Shown here piece after piece: positions 51,968-61,575 of a stretch of 64,000 bases of DNA (position 1 is its first letter; each line of letters starts with the position of its first letter). The translations under genes and the position numbers were made by a program. The stretch comes from an uncultured delta proteobacterium (lineage in GTDB: Bacteria > Desulfobacterota > Desulfobulbia > Desulfobulbales > Desulfocapsaceae), in contig CAVWHG010000017.1 in the NCBI GenBank assembly GCA_963754865.1, forward strand, positions 77,089-141,088, written 5' to 3'. Under the pieces are notes generated by a model. The model made no database searches, was not told the DNA's origin, and saw only the letters and a list, made by a program, of their open reading frames with translations.

Positions 51968-53536
51968 TTGGAATCAAATCAAAAAAATGAAGTACTTGAT
52001 GCGCTTTTTGAGAGCGAGGCGCAGAAAAGAGCCATTGTCGACGGATTTTCCGGGATCCTGATTCTTTTTGATCGTAACATGAAGGCCCAGTGGGTGAACA
52101 AGGCAACGCAAACGAGATACGGTGATGCCCTCGGTAGGAATTGCCATGACATTTTTTGTTCGCAAAGTGAAGAATGTGCCTTTTGTGCCTTCCAGCTCTG
52201 CATACAATCCGGAAAGATCGAGTCCAGTATCCAGAAAACAGGTGTTTTTGGGGTAGATGGTGACGAGCTTGTTTTTGATATCACCGCTTCTCCGGTAAAA
52301 GATAAGTACGGAAATGTGTCGGGGATTATAGGGATTGCCCAGAATGTGACAGAACACTACCGGCTTGAGAGACAATTGCGCCATACCCAGAAAATGGAGG
52401 CTATCGGAACATTGGCCGGCGGAGTCGCCCATGACTTCAATAACGTCCTCACCCCCATCATGGGATATACTGAAATAATTCGCCTGAAAATGAAGCAGGA
52501 CGGGATGTCCGATAAAGTCGTCTTCGATTATCTTGAAGAGATCCTTAAGGCTGCGAAACGGGCAAAATCTTTAGTAGAACAGGTCCTGATTTTTTCGAGA
52601 AGCATCGAAAAGAAAGAGGTGTTGCAGTATATGCATCCCATTGTCAAAGAGGTGATGAAACTCATGCGTGCCACCTTGCCGAGCACCATTGTCATTCAAG
52701 AAAAGATCGATGAACATTGCGGCAGGGTATTTATTGATCCAGTGCAGATCCATCAGGTACTTATAAACCTTTGCACCAATGCATCCCATGCCATGTCCGG
52801 CCGACATGGCGTGTTACAGGTGCACATGGGAATTGCCCCCCAGACCGGCGATGGCAAGGAATGGCTCGAACTGAGTGTTGCTGATACCGGTTCCGGCATA
52901 GAAGAGAAGCTTCTTGACAGAATTTTTGAGCCCTATTTTACCACCAAAGAAAAAACCAGTGGGACAGGTATGGGGTTGGCGATGGTCCATGGCATAATCA
53001 GCCGCCAAGGCGGATTTATCAAAGTCGAAAGTGAAATCGGCAAGGGGTCAAAGTTCAGGGTATTTTTGCCGGTGGCGCAAAAGGAAACAGCCATTGAACA
53101 GATTGTTTCCTTGGGGGATTTGCAAGGTGGAACGGGAAAAATTCTCCTTGTTGATGATGAAGAGCAGGTGGTGCAGGTCACCGGTGAGATTCTGCAAAGT
53201 CTCGGATATACGGTAGTCGGCAAAACCTCTCCCAAAGAGGCAATTGCCTTGTTTTCACTGGATCCAAGGCAATTTGATATGCTTATCACCGATCTGACCA
53301 TGGCTGAATTGACCGGACTCGAATTAAGTGAACAAGTGAAAAGCCTACGGCCGGACATTCCCATAATTCTCATTACCGGATATTCGGATCAGGTCTCAAA
53401 GGATGCTGCCGTTGGAGCGGGCATCGATGAATACTGCATGAAGCCCATTTCCATGCGAGAGCTGTCGACGATAGTTGGGAAATTCCTCGGCAGCGGAGCA
53501 GGGGTGGCAATTCTTAAGCGTCATCGTACTCATTAA
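51968..53536 (+). CDS. Cytoplasmic PAS hybrid histidine kinase
   Basis: PAS, QKMEAIGTLAGGVAHDFNN, NLCTNA, GTGMGL, receiver LVDDE..TDLTM. Confidence 0.92.
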   Translation: MESNQKNEVLDALFESEAQKRAIVDGFSGILILFDRNMKAQWVNKATQTRYGDALGRNCHDIFCSQSEECAFCAFQLCIQSGKIESSIQKTGVFGVDGDELVFDITASPVKDKYGNVSGIIGIAQNVTEHYRLERQLRHTQKMEAIGTLAGGVAHDFNNVLTPIMGYTEIIRLKMKQDGMSDKVVFDYLEEILKAAKRAKSLVEQVLIFSRSIEKKEVLQYMHPIVKEVMKLMRATLPSTIVIQEKIDEHCGRVFIDPVQIHQVLINLCTNASHAMSGRHGVLQVHMGIAPQTGDGKEWLELSVADTGSGIEEKLLDRIFEPYFTTKEKTSGTGMGLAMVHGIISRQGGFIKVESEIGKGSKFRVFLPVAQKETAIEQIVSLGDLQGGTGKILLVDDEEQVVQVTGEILQSLGYTVVGKTSPKEAIALFSLDPRQFDMLITDLTMAELTGLELSEQVKSLRPDIPIILITGYSDQVSKDAAVGAGIDEYCMKPISMRELSTIVGKFLGSGAGVAILKRHRTH

Positions 53537-53635
53537 GCCGTGGTAATAATCAGTTTTCCGGAATAAATACGGTACGCTCCGAGAAATCCGAAGATTCAGG
53601 CCAGGTCGCTGCCGACAACCGAATGGGCGGAATGC

Positions 53636-54694
53636 TTATTTGGATGCGTGCCGACATCTCAATGAACGTTTGAATTTTTGTACAAAGGCATAGGCTTCTT
53701 CAATCCTCTGTGTCGATATCTCCCCTTTATGCACAGCCTCCAAGAGTGAGGTTTTTACTTTATGCAGGATGTCGGGATCGTGCGCTAGATTGTTGCCGAT
53801 TATCAACAGATCTATGCCGGCGGCCAATGCTTTGCAACACGCTTCTTCCATACCAAAGCAGTCGGTTATCGCCTTCATTTGCATATCGTCGGAGATGATC
53901 AGACCGGTGAAATGCAGATCCCGTCGAAGGAGTGTCTGGAGGGTTGTGCTCGACAAGGTTGCAGGATAAATCGCGTCAAAATTCTTATTAATGAGATGTC
54001 CAACCATAATAGCTGCGGCATGTCCGGAATTGATAAGCAGGCGGTAGGGGACCAGTTCATCGGTACGCCAGGATGTACTGATATCGACAAAGCCCAGATG
54101 TGAGTCGCGGTCAGAGCTGCCGTGGCCGGGAAAATGCTTCAGGCAGCATTGGATTCCCTCCGCTTGATGCTCCCTGATCCAGGCGGTCGCATGCTCTGCA
54201 ACCGTTCGGCCATTGTCGGAAAAACTTCGATCATACCGACCGATAATCGGGTTGTTACTGTTGACATTGATATCGACCACCGGAGCCAAATTCAGATTTA
54301 CCCCTGCCGCTCGGAGCATACGCGCTGTCTGTCGGGCACTTGCCACAGTTGCCTGAATATCCCGTTTGCTCCCCAACTCGGCCGCTGCGGGGGTGATCGG
54401 GAAACCTCTTTCCTTCTTGAAGCGATTGACCTTGCCGCCTTCCTGGTCGACGGCGATTATGAGATCTCCCCCGGCGAGTTTCTGCAGATCCGTGGTAAGC
54501 CTATGCAGTTGTTCAGCGCTGATAATGTTATTTGAATCTTTTTTCTCTGCCAGGAACCGGTCAAAGAGAATGACGCCGCCAAGCTTGCCCTCCCTGATAT
54601 CGGCAATTATTGGGTGATATAGGGGAAGGGTGTCGCCCGTGAATCCAAGGAGGAAGAGCTGACCGATTTTTTGTCTCAATGAGGTGTGATGCAT
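53636..54694 (-). CDS. nagZ: Beta-N-acetylhexosaminidase (GH3)
   Basis: AVDQEGG, NLAPVVD, KHFPGHGS..DSH, SDDMQM. Confidence 0.9.
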   Translation of the reverse strand: MHHTSLRQKIGQLFLLGFTGDTLPLYHPIIADIREGKLGGVILFDRFLAEKKDSNNIISAEQLHRLTTDLQKLAGGDLIIAVDQEGGKVNRFKKERGFPITPAAAELGSKRDIQATVASARQTARMLRAAGVNLNLAPVVDINVNSNNPIIGRYDRSFSDNGRTVAEHATAWIREHQAEGIQCCLKHFPGHGSSDRDSHLGFVDISTSWRTDELVPYRLLINSGHAAAIMVGHLINKNFDAIYPATLSSTTLQTLLRRDLHFTGLIISDDMQMKAITDCFGMEEACCKALAAGIDLLIIGNNLAHDPDILHKVKTSLLEAVHKGEISTQRIEEAYAFVQKFKRSLRCRHASK

Positions 54695-54949
54695 AAGCCT
54701 GCGGTGATGGTTTCCGGTTCTTGGTCGAAGCTGTAGAATGAGAGATGAGGAGTACCGCTTGGCCAGGAAATTGTCAAAGATTATTCATTGGTCTTTGTGT
54801 CAATATTTTGTCATTAGTGCCGGACGAAGAGATTCAACGGCAAATATCCACTGGTTGGGTTACAATTGAAATTTTTTGATACACAGTAACTCATTGCAAT
54901 CAATATATTATGATTCGTATTGAGAATTATTTTAGTGTCAAAACAATGA

Positions 54950-54964
54950 TGGCATAAAAAATGC
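54950..54964 (+). promoter_or_regulatory. sigma54 promoter upstream of diguanylate cyclase
   Basis: TGGCATAAAAAATGC, exact -24/-12 spacing. Confidence 0.65.
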
Positions 54965-54989
54965 TTACATAAAAACAGGAGAATAAAGG

Positions 54990-55016
54990 TAAAGATTTTC
55001 TTCCGACCGACGATAA
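54990..55016 (+). promoter_or_regulatory. sigma28 (FliA) promoter upstream of diguanylate cyclase
   Basis: TAAA-N15-GACGATAA versus consensus TAAA-N15-GCCGATAA. Confidence 0.65.
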
Positions 55017-55075
55017 GAAGAGTATCCAGAAAAACTGAGTTGCCAAATCACTGTATAACCTTAGGACTATCATCC

Positions 55076-56089
55076 ATGACCATCACGACTACAGAAAATC
55101 AATTCTCATCGACGCACCAGAAGCAGGTGGAATTTGAGAAAGTTATGGTTGAGCTTGATTATCTGAAAAAGCAATCGGAAAGGCTTGACCTCATCAATAA
55201 ACTGCACGGAAGAATGGCCGGCGTGTTAAGTTTGAGTGGAATGATCGAGGCCTATTCAGTCTGGCTCATGCCCTTGGTGGGGCATGAACTCATCGGTTAC
55301 AACAATAGCCATCGTAACAAACGTCATCTGTTTTGTTCCGGGCACGGCCCCTTTCGGCGGAAAGCAATTGCTTTTGCAGAACAACTCATTGCCGAAAAGA
55401 CCTCTTTTGATGGCTCTTTTACGGAAAAAGACGGTCGGTTCGCCTACAAATGGATCTTTGAAACCGCCGATGACGCCGGCATTCTGTTGATTTTGAAAGA
55501 AGGTTATGAGCTCTCTTCGCAGGAACTGGAACTTGTCAACCATTCTCTTGAGATCCTTGCCGAATGTCTGCGTCGGGGACTGGAGTACGAGGATTTGTTT
55601 GAGCGGGCGAGCAGCGATTCGCTGACTGGACTTTTCAACCGTCGGGTCTTTGAAGATCGGATTCACCCGATGATGGATAGTGCTCGCAGATACAACAATC
55701 CATTGACTATGGTGTCAATGGATCTCGACCGGTTTAAGGAAATTAATGACAGTCTCGGCCACCAAAAGGGCGATGAGGTGTTGAGGACCGTGGCGGGGGT
55801 GTTGAAGCGCGCCGTTCGTTCCACCGATCTCCTGGTGCGCATGGGTGGTGACGAATTTCTCCTGATTCTCGACAATACCGATCTGCCGCACGGGAGAATT
55901 CTCGCTGAGCGCTTGTGTGTTGCCGTTAACGATCTGAATATCTGGGCCGATGCCAAGACCAAACTGGGAATAAGTATCGGCATGTCGGAACTGCGAAAGA
56001 GAGAATCCCTGAAACAGTGGATGGAACGCACCGATGATATTCTTTATCATGCCAAGGCCGAAGGAAGATCGAGGGTAGCTGTGGAATAG
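55076..56089 (+). CDS. Diguanylate cyclase (GGDEF)
   Basis: DSLTGLFNRR, DLDRFKEIND.LGH..GD, RSTD I-site, GGDEF (track start 55040). Confidence 0.93.
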   Translation: MTITTTENQFSSTHQKQVEFEKVMVELDYLKKQSERLDLINKLHGRMAGVLSLSGMIEAYSVWLMPLVGHELIGYNNSHRNKRHLFCSGHGPFRRKAIAFAEQLIAEKTSFDGSFTEKDGRFAYKWIFETADDAGILLILKEGYELSSQELELVNHSLEILAECLRRGLEYEDLFERASSDSLTGLFNRRVFEDRIHPMMDSARRYNNPLTMVSMDLDRFKEINDSLGHQKGDEVLRTVAGVLKRAVRSTDLLVRMGGDEFLLILDNTDLPHGRILAERLCVAVNDLNIWADAKTKLGISIGMSELRKRESLKQWMERTDDILYHAKAEGRSRVAVE

Positions 56090-56107
56090 TTTTTCTTGCC
56101 ACATTCC

Positions 56108-56151
56108 CCAATAAAAAAGGCCGACTTTTTAAAGTCGGCCTTTTTTATTGG
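56108..56151. terminator. Bidirectional intrinsic terminator
   Basis: Perfect IR CCAATAAAAAAGGCCGACTTT-TT-AAAGTCGGCCTTTTTTATTGG between convergent genes. Confidence 0.88.
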
Positions 56152-56170
56152 AATGAGCGCTGGCTGTGGT

Positions 56171-56569
56171 TCAGTTCTTTTCGATGACAATCTTCAGGGG
56201 AATTACATGGAGAGAGCGTTTCGCTTGTTCGGTATATCCAAGCGACCAGCTGGTGCAGCGGTAAGGTGTCCCAAGTAATTTTTCGATATCATTAACTATT
56301 CCTTGAACATTAATGATTGGATGACGAGAAAAAACCTGTGGCAGACCCTGGGTCAGGTTGCATGCCAGACAGCGGTTAGGTCGCTCATGCAGGCGGAGTT
56401 CCATGATGAGACTGTTCCCTTTGTTTTCACGGTACGCCAGTTCGATGTCATAGGAACCCTCGTCGGCATCACCGAAAAGGGCTTCAAAAAAATCGTTAGA
56501 TCGGTCCTTTGGGAAAATTATTGCCAGATTTTCCTTGGTCAGAACGGATTTCCAAGCTTCGGTTGTCAT
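56171..56569 (-). CDS. Conserved hypothetical protein typical of sulfate reducers
   Basis: FFEALFGDADEGSYDI, CLACNLTQGLPQVFSRHP. Confidence 0.75.
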   Translation of the reverse strand: MTTEAWKSVLTKENLAIIFPKDRSNDFFEALFGDADEGSYDIELAYRENKGNSLIMELRLHERPNRCLACNLTQGLPQVFSRHPIINVQGIVNDIEKLLGTPYRCTSWSLGYTEQAKRSLHVIPLKIVIEKN

Positions 56570-56711
56570 GATGTTTGCGGCTAGGCCTTAGGTCGAGGAT
56601 GAAGGGTCAAGAACTCCTGATCTCGGTGAGTTGAGCAAGGTATTATACCAGCGAACCTGAATTTGTCAACCGATGTTGCGGCTGTGAAAGCCCTGTGTTA
56701 AAGTGACCGCC

Positions 56712-58898
56712 ATGAAAACTGATGGAAATTTTCAACCACACGGTGCTACATCGAGATTAGTAAATCTGCAACAGCTCAACGAGTCCCAATATGCGGCAGT
56801 AACCTCCACGGCAGGTCCGGTGCTGGTTATTGCCGGGGCCGGAAGCGGCAAGACCCGGACGCTCATATATCGGGTGGTCCATCTGGTAGAACAGGGCGTC
56901 GCACCCGAGTCTATTCTTCTGCTTACATTTACCCGCAAGGCCAGTCAAGAGATGTTGTGGCGGGCCGGCAGGTTGTTGAACGAAAACTGCAGCCGTGTGG
57001 TCGGCGGGACATTTCACGGTATCGCCAACATGCTTCTCAGGCGGCACGGGGCGCAGATCGGATTCGGTTCTTCTTTTACCATCATTGATCGGGGTGATGC
57101 CGAGGGGATTATTAATCTCCTTAAATCCTCGCTTGGCCTGGGCAAAAAAGACAAACGCTTTCCTTCCCGACGGGTGGTTATCAATATGATCAGCGGCTCG
57201 ATCAACAAATCGATTGCCCTTGAAGACCTGGTAGACACCCAATATTCGCATCTTATCGAGCATCTCCAGGATATACTCACCCTGCAAAAGCACTATCAGG
57301 CCTTTAAGTTCGAACACGGATTGATGGATTATGATGACCTGCTGGTGAACTGGAAGCGGCTCCTTGTCGAGTCGCCGGAGGTTCGCCAGGCCATATCGAC
57401 GCGGTTCGCCTATATTATGGTCGATGAATATCAGGACACCAACCTTATCCAGGCCGATATCATCCGATTGGCGGCTAGTACCCACGACAATGTCATGGTG
57501 GTGGGGGATGACTCACAATCGATCTATTCCTTCAGGGGTGCCGATTTTTATAATATCATGCGATTTCCCAAGGTCTTCAGCAACGCAAAGATCATCAAAC
57601 TCGAGGAAAACTATCGTTCAACCCAGCCGATTCTCTCCTTTACCAATGATATCATTGGTAATGCAGCAGAAAAATATACTAAGACACTCTTTACCAAGCG
57701 CAAAGGTGAGCTTCGTCCGATGCTTTTTGCTGCCGCCGATGAGCGGGAAGAGGCGGCTTTTATTGTCAGAGCGGTGCGCAAACTGCTTGCCGAGGGTGTT
57801 GCTCTCACCGATATCGCCGTGCTGTTTCGCTCAAGTTTCCACTCTTATAAGCTGGAGTTAGAATTAGCCGCCGCCGCCATCAATTACGAAAAACGCGGCG
57901 GCCTGAAGCTCACCGAGTCGGCCCACATGAAGGATATGATAGCCTTTATGCGGGTCTTGGTGAATCCACAGGATACCCTCTCCTGGAACCGGATGCTTTT
58001 GCAGTTGGAACATGTCGGGCCAACCACCGCGCAAAAGATTTCGGCGATCATTGCCCAGGCGGCCGATCCTTTCCAGGTCTTGGCCAAGTATCCGGCTGGA
58101 AAGAGCTGGCGGGAAGGATTTGCCGCACTCGCGCAGCTTTACGCTGAATTGCTGGCCGACGGTCACCGACTTCCCGTCCTCTATGAAATTGTCCTGAAAT
58201 ATTATCAGCCGATATTTGAGCGACTGTACAGTGATGACTTTCCAAAACGCCGCAAGGACATCGATCAACTGAAGAGCATTATGGATGGTTACGATGATTT
58301 GCAAAGCTTTATCGACGATACCAGTCTTGACCCCCCCGATGAAGGCACAGCCGATGGAACTGGGCTTTCACGGCTGGTGTTGTCAACCATCCACTCCGCC
58401 AAAGGACTAGAGTTTGAGGCTGTCTTTGTCATTGGCATGGCCGAAGGTCGTTTTCCCCACGCCTCGGCAACCTTTGGCGAACAATGGGAAGAGGAGAGAC
58501 GACTCCTTTATGTGGCCGCAACTCGGGCGAAAAGATATCTCTACCTGACCTTTCCGCGGCAGCTTATGACCCAGGATAGACAATTTCGCAGGGCGGGGAT
58601 GTCGCCGTTTTTAAGCGAGCTCAGCGGTGGCCTCTACGAGCGGATCGGCGAAAAAATAACGATGCAACCTGATTTCTTCCCTTCTCAGTTCGAGGAGGAG
58701 CCGGATTTACCGCTACGAAAAGCCAAGTCGAAGAGGTTGGAGATGAGTGATTTTTCTTTAGGTAGCAAGGTCAAGCACCCGTTTTTCGGCAACGGCACTG
58801 TTATCAAAATGTCGACAGGGCGATCCATCGATATCCAGTTCGACCGACATGGTCTGAAAACCCTGCACCTTGATTATGCGAAACTGACGGTTATTTGA
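56712..58898 (+). CDS. UvrD/PcrA-family ATP-dependent DNA helicase
   Basis: AGAGSGKT, VDEYQD, VGDDSQSIYSFRGA, ENYRS, STIHSAKGLEF, EERRLLYVAATRA; C-terminal HPFFGNG. Confidence 0.93.
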   Translation: MKTDGNFQPHGATSRLVNLQQLNESQYAAVTSTAGPVLVIAGAGSGKTRTLIYRVVHLVEQGVAPESILLLTFTRKASQEMLWRAGRLLNENCSRVVGGTFHGIANMLLRRHGAQIGFGSSFTIIDRGDAEGIINLLKSSLGLGKKDKRFPSRRVVINMISGSINKSIALEDLVDTQYSHLIEHLQDILTLQKHYQAFKFEHGLMDYDDLLVNWKRLLVESPEVRQAISTRFAYIMVDEYQDTNLIQADIIRLAASTHDNVMVVGDDSQSIYSFRGADFYNIMRFPKVFSNAKIIKLEENYRSTQPILSFTNDIIGNAAEKYTKTLFTKRKGELRPMLFAAADEREEAAFIVRAVRKLLAEGVALTDIAVLFRSSFHSYKLELELAAAAINYEKRGGLKLTESAHMKDMIAFMRVLVNPQDTLSWNRMLLQLEHVGPTTAQKISAIIAQAADPFQVLAKYPAGKSWREGFAALAQLYAELLADGHRLPVLYEIVLKYYQPIFERLYSDDFPKRRKDIDQLKSIMDGYDDLQSFIDDTSLDPPDEGTADGTGLSRLVLSTIHSAKGLEFEAVFVIGMAEGRFPHASATFGEQWEEERRLLYVAATRAKRYLYLTFPRQLMTQDRQFRRAGMSPFLSELSGGLYERIGEKITMQPDFFPSQFEEEPDLPLRKAKSKRLEMSDFSLGSKVKHPFFGNGTVIKMSTGRSIDIQFDRHGLKTLHLDYAKLTVI

Positions 58899-58933
58899 CG
58901 ACTGAAGCCTGACTAACGAAAACAGGAAATACC

Positions 58934-60304
58934 TTGCCTAATCCCTCCACTCCTACAACCACGATGATGAACATGACATATCCTGAAGTGTTGGCACATC
59001 TTGAGGCGCTGCAGATGCATAAAATCAAGCTGGGACTTGAGGCAATGCAGTCTTTCCTCACCAAAGTCGGCCGGCCGGAAAAGGCTCTTCGCTTTGTGCA
59101 TGTTGCCGGAACCAACGGCAAAGGCTCGGTATGTGCCGCTCTGGGCGAGGTGTTGAGGCGAGCCGGTTACCGAGTGGGCGTTTATACCTCCCCCCATCTG
59201 AGCAGCGTGCGGGAGCGTTTTCGCATTGGCCATGATTATATCAGCGAAGCAAAATTCGCCGAATTGGGCAGCAGAATTTGCCGGGTACTAAATGGTGAAC
59301 AGATTACCTATTTTGAATTTACAACGGCCCTCGGTTTGCTGTGGTTTGCCGAGTCTCAGGTTGATCTGGTAGTCTTTGAGACAGGCATGGGCGGACGACT
59401 TGATGCGACGAATGTGGTCATTCCTCTGGTTTCGGTCATTACCAGTGTCAGCATGGACCACGAGGCCTATCTTGGGAGTAGCCTAGCAGAAATTGCCGGG
59501 GAAAAGGCCGGGATCATAAAGGCGGCGGTGCCGGTGGTTTCCGGGGCAATTCATCCGGAAGCGGCACAGGTAATTCAACGGGTGAGCCAGATGGAGCAAG
59601 CACCACTTTATGCATTGCGCCAAGAATTTGACTATAAGCTCGGTCCTGATGCCACCTGGACATGGGTAGGTGGAGAAATCTTTGCTAACCTGGCAATCGA
59701 CAATCTGCAGAGTAATCGTGCAAGTCTGGTTCAACCGGAGAATGACTCCCTGGCCATTGCCGCTCTACAGCTTTTACAAACGATGGGCTTTGTCGTAAGT
59801 GAAGAACATCTTCGCACCGGGCTTGCGCAGGTACGGTGGCCGGGCAGGATGGAATACTTTGAGCAGGTTGTGCCGGTCACCGGTCAGGAAGCAGAGCCCC
59901 AGAAAAGCGGCAAGAAACTTCGCTATCTCTTGGATGGTGCTCATAATCCAGATGGTGTCAAGAATCTGGCAAACACTTTGTCGCGCAACTTCACCTACCG
60001 AAAGCTTGTGGCTGTTTGGGGCTCTATGGTGGATAAGGATCTCTCGACCACCCTTGGAGCCATTGCTCCGCTGGTCGACGATCTGATTTTTACCCGACCG
60101 ATTGGCGAACGTGCTGCCGCACCCGAGCAACTTTTAGGATATCTCGCAGGAGATTGGAAAGGCAGGGCAAGATGCGTGGAAAACATCCAGGAGGCACTTG
60201 TCACTGCTCAAAATGCCGCGGGAGAAGATGACCTTATCGTCGTGGGAGGCTCTCTGTATCTTCTCGGGTCAGTGCGGCAGCTGTTATTAGGGGATCTTGT
60301 CTAA
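58934..60304 (+). CDS. folC: Bifunctional folylpolyglutamate/dihydrofolate synthase
   Basis: HVAGTNGKGS, YTSPHL, ETGMGGRLDATN, WPGRM, LDGAHN, GSLYL. Confidence 0.95.
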   Translation: MPNPSTPTTTMMNMTYPEVLAHLEALQMHKIKLGLEAMQSFLTKVGRPEKALRFVHVAGTNGKGSVCAALGEVLRRAGYRVGVYTSPHLSSVRERFRIGHDYISEAKFAELGSRICRVLNGEQITYFEFTTALGLLWFAESQVDLVVFETGMGGRLDATNVVIPLVSVITSVSMDHEAYLGSSLAEIAGEKAGIIKAAVPVVSGAIHPEAAQVIQRVSQMEQAPLYALRQEFDYKLGPDATWTWVGGEIFANLAIDNLQSNRASLVQPENDSLAIAALQLLQTMGFVVSEEHLRTGLAQVRWPGRMEYFEQVVPVTGQEAEPQKSGKKLRYLLDGAHNPDGVKNLANTLSRNFTYRKLVAVWGSMVDKDLSTTLGAIAPLVDDLIFTRPIGERAAAPEQLLGYLAGDWKGRARCVENIQEALVTAQNAAGEDDLIVVGGSLYLLGSVRQLLLGDLV

Positions 60305-60606
60305 TGGTTCGGGAGTATATCGATTTCGATGCCCCTGACGATGCGGAGATCCGCAGTGAGCGGGCAAAAGCCCGGGAGATGCGGAAAACCAGATGGTGGC
60401 AACAAAAGACCGCTCCAGGTCTTTGCCACTACTGCGGTCAAAAGGTCAATTTTCATGATTTGACCATGGATCACCTCGTTCCCTTAGCTCGGGGCGGACG
60501 GTCGACGAAGGAAAATCTTGTTCCTTCCTGTAAAAATTGCAATAATTTAAAAAAGACCATGTTGCCGATTGAATGGCAAGAGTACCTGGCCTTCGCCAGG
60601 AAATAA
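60304..60606 (+). CDS. HNH endonuclease
   Basis: CHYC..LTMDHLVP..GGRS..NLVPSCKNCN; TAATG coupling with folC. Confidence 0.9.
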   Translation: MVREYIDFDAPDDAEIRSERAKAREMRKTRWWQQKTAPGLCHYCGQKVNFHDLTMDHLVPLARGGRSTKENLVPSCKNCNNLKKTMLPIEWQEYLAFARK

Positions 60607-60763
60607 TCTGATAATTTTTTCAATACTTCCTTAAGGATTCTCATGCCGGTGCAGTGAAGTACTGGGAATTGCACCCAGCCGATTATTCTTCTCACAGGTT
60701 TTGGTGAATTTATTTAAAAGCCTTGAGCAATTCTTCAAATTTGGGTAATTAACATCAGCATAT

Positions 60764-60840
60764 GGACGGGTAGCTCAGCTGGATAGAGTATTGGCCTCCG
60801 AAGCCAAGGGCCGCGGGTTCGAATCCCGCCTCGTCTACCA
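60764..60840 (+). tRNA. tRNA-Arg (anticodon CCG)
   Basis: GGACGGG TA GCTC AGCTGGATA GAGT A TTGGC CTCCGAA GCCAA ... GCGGG TTCGAAT CCCGC CTCGTCT ACCA. Confidence 0.96.
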
Positions 60841-60848
60841 AAAATATC

Positions 60849-60883
60849 AAGCACTTGTCGGACAATCCGCTAAGTGCTTTTTT
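60849..60883 (+). terminator. Intrinsic terminator after tRNA-Arg(CCG)
   Basis: AAGCACTT..CGGA/TCCG..AAGTGCTT followed by T run. Confidence 0.7.
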
Positions 60884-61086
60884 ATTTCCCCCCATCACAT
60901 CCCCCACTCATTGACCTCACTTAAAATCATCTCTCCATAGCACCTTTTCACCATCCCACTTGTCGGCAAATAACAAAAAGGCAATTCGTTGAACATTTCC
61001 TCCTTAGAAGCTTCATGTGCTGAGCAAGATAATCTGGAAATCTCCTCTCTGCTTCCACTTATTTCGGTTATGATATTTTGGAAATA

Positions 61087-61447
61087 GTGTGCCACGAGGC
61101 AACACGAAAAATGAGGGTAGTTCCCTCGGAGTGGGCTTTCAGGAGCAGGCTTCAAACCACCTTAAGCTGCTGTGGTAAAGAGCAATGGTGGTGAGCGTTA
61201 AGGAAAAGCCCCTGGGGGCATGAACGGGTCAGGTATGGATGATGGAGACGAGTAAAACCGCACCATTGATGAGGTGTCCAAAAAAATAAGGTGTCGTCAA
61301 AACGGGGACCAATTTCCATCCCGGGATGAATTCGGGAGGTGCCTGGTTATCGCCCGGGCGACCGGCCTAAGGGTGGCGTGAACATGATCTTGGCCTTCAA
61401 GCTTCAAGTGGAACGTGGGAACCTGTCGCTCTGATGTTAAGGAAGAA
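61087..61447 (+). mobile_element. Group II intron 5' fragment (domain I, RmInt1/class D-like), no RT ORF or domains V-VI
   Basis: Starts GTGTG; GGCTTTCAGGAGC..CAAACCA..GCTGCTGTGGTAAAGAGC..TGGTGGTGAGCGT, GTGTCGTC, GGCGACCGGC, GGAAC..GGAACC..CTGATGTTAAGGAAGAA follow the order I recall for RmInt1 domain I. Confidence 0.8.
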
Positions 61448-61575
61448 AGAGGGGATTAATTGTTAAGAAGAAGGCAAGCACATCAATACTTGATTCCCTT
61501 GGCAGTTTGAGTTACCAGGAAACATGTTGTTTGAAAACTACAATCTCTAATGAGTTAACCACATCGGGTGTACAC

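Noticed and set aside
60304-60606. HNH as part of the mobile element or a defence system
   Set aside because: It is translationally coupled to folC on the core side of the tRNA.
61565-61573. CGGGTGTAC matching the 3' end of tRNA-Arg(TCG) as an att site
   Set aside because: Only 9 bp, on the wrong side and in the wrong orientation for the left island; likely chance.
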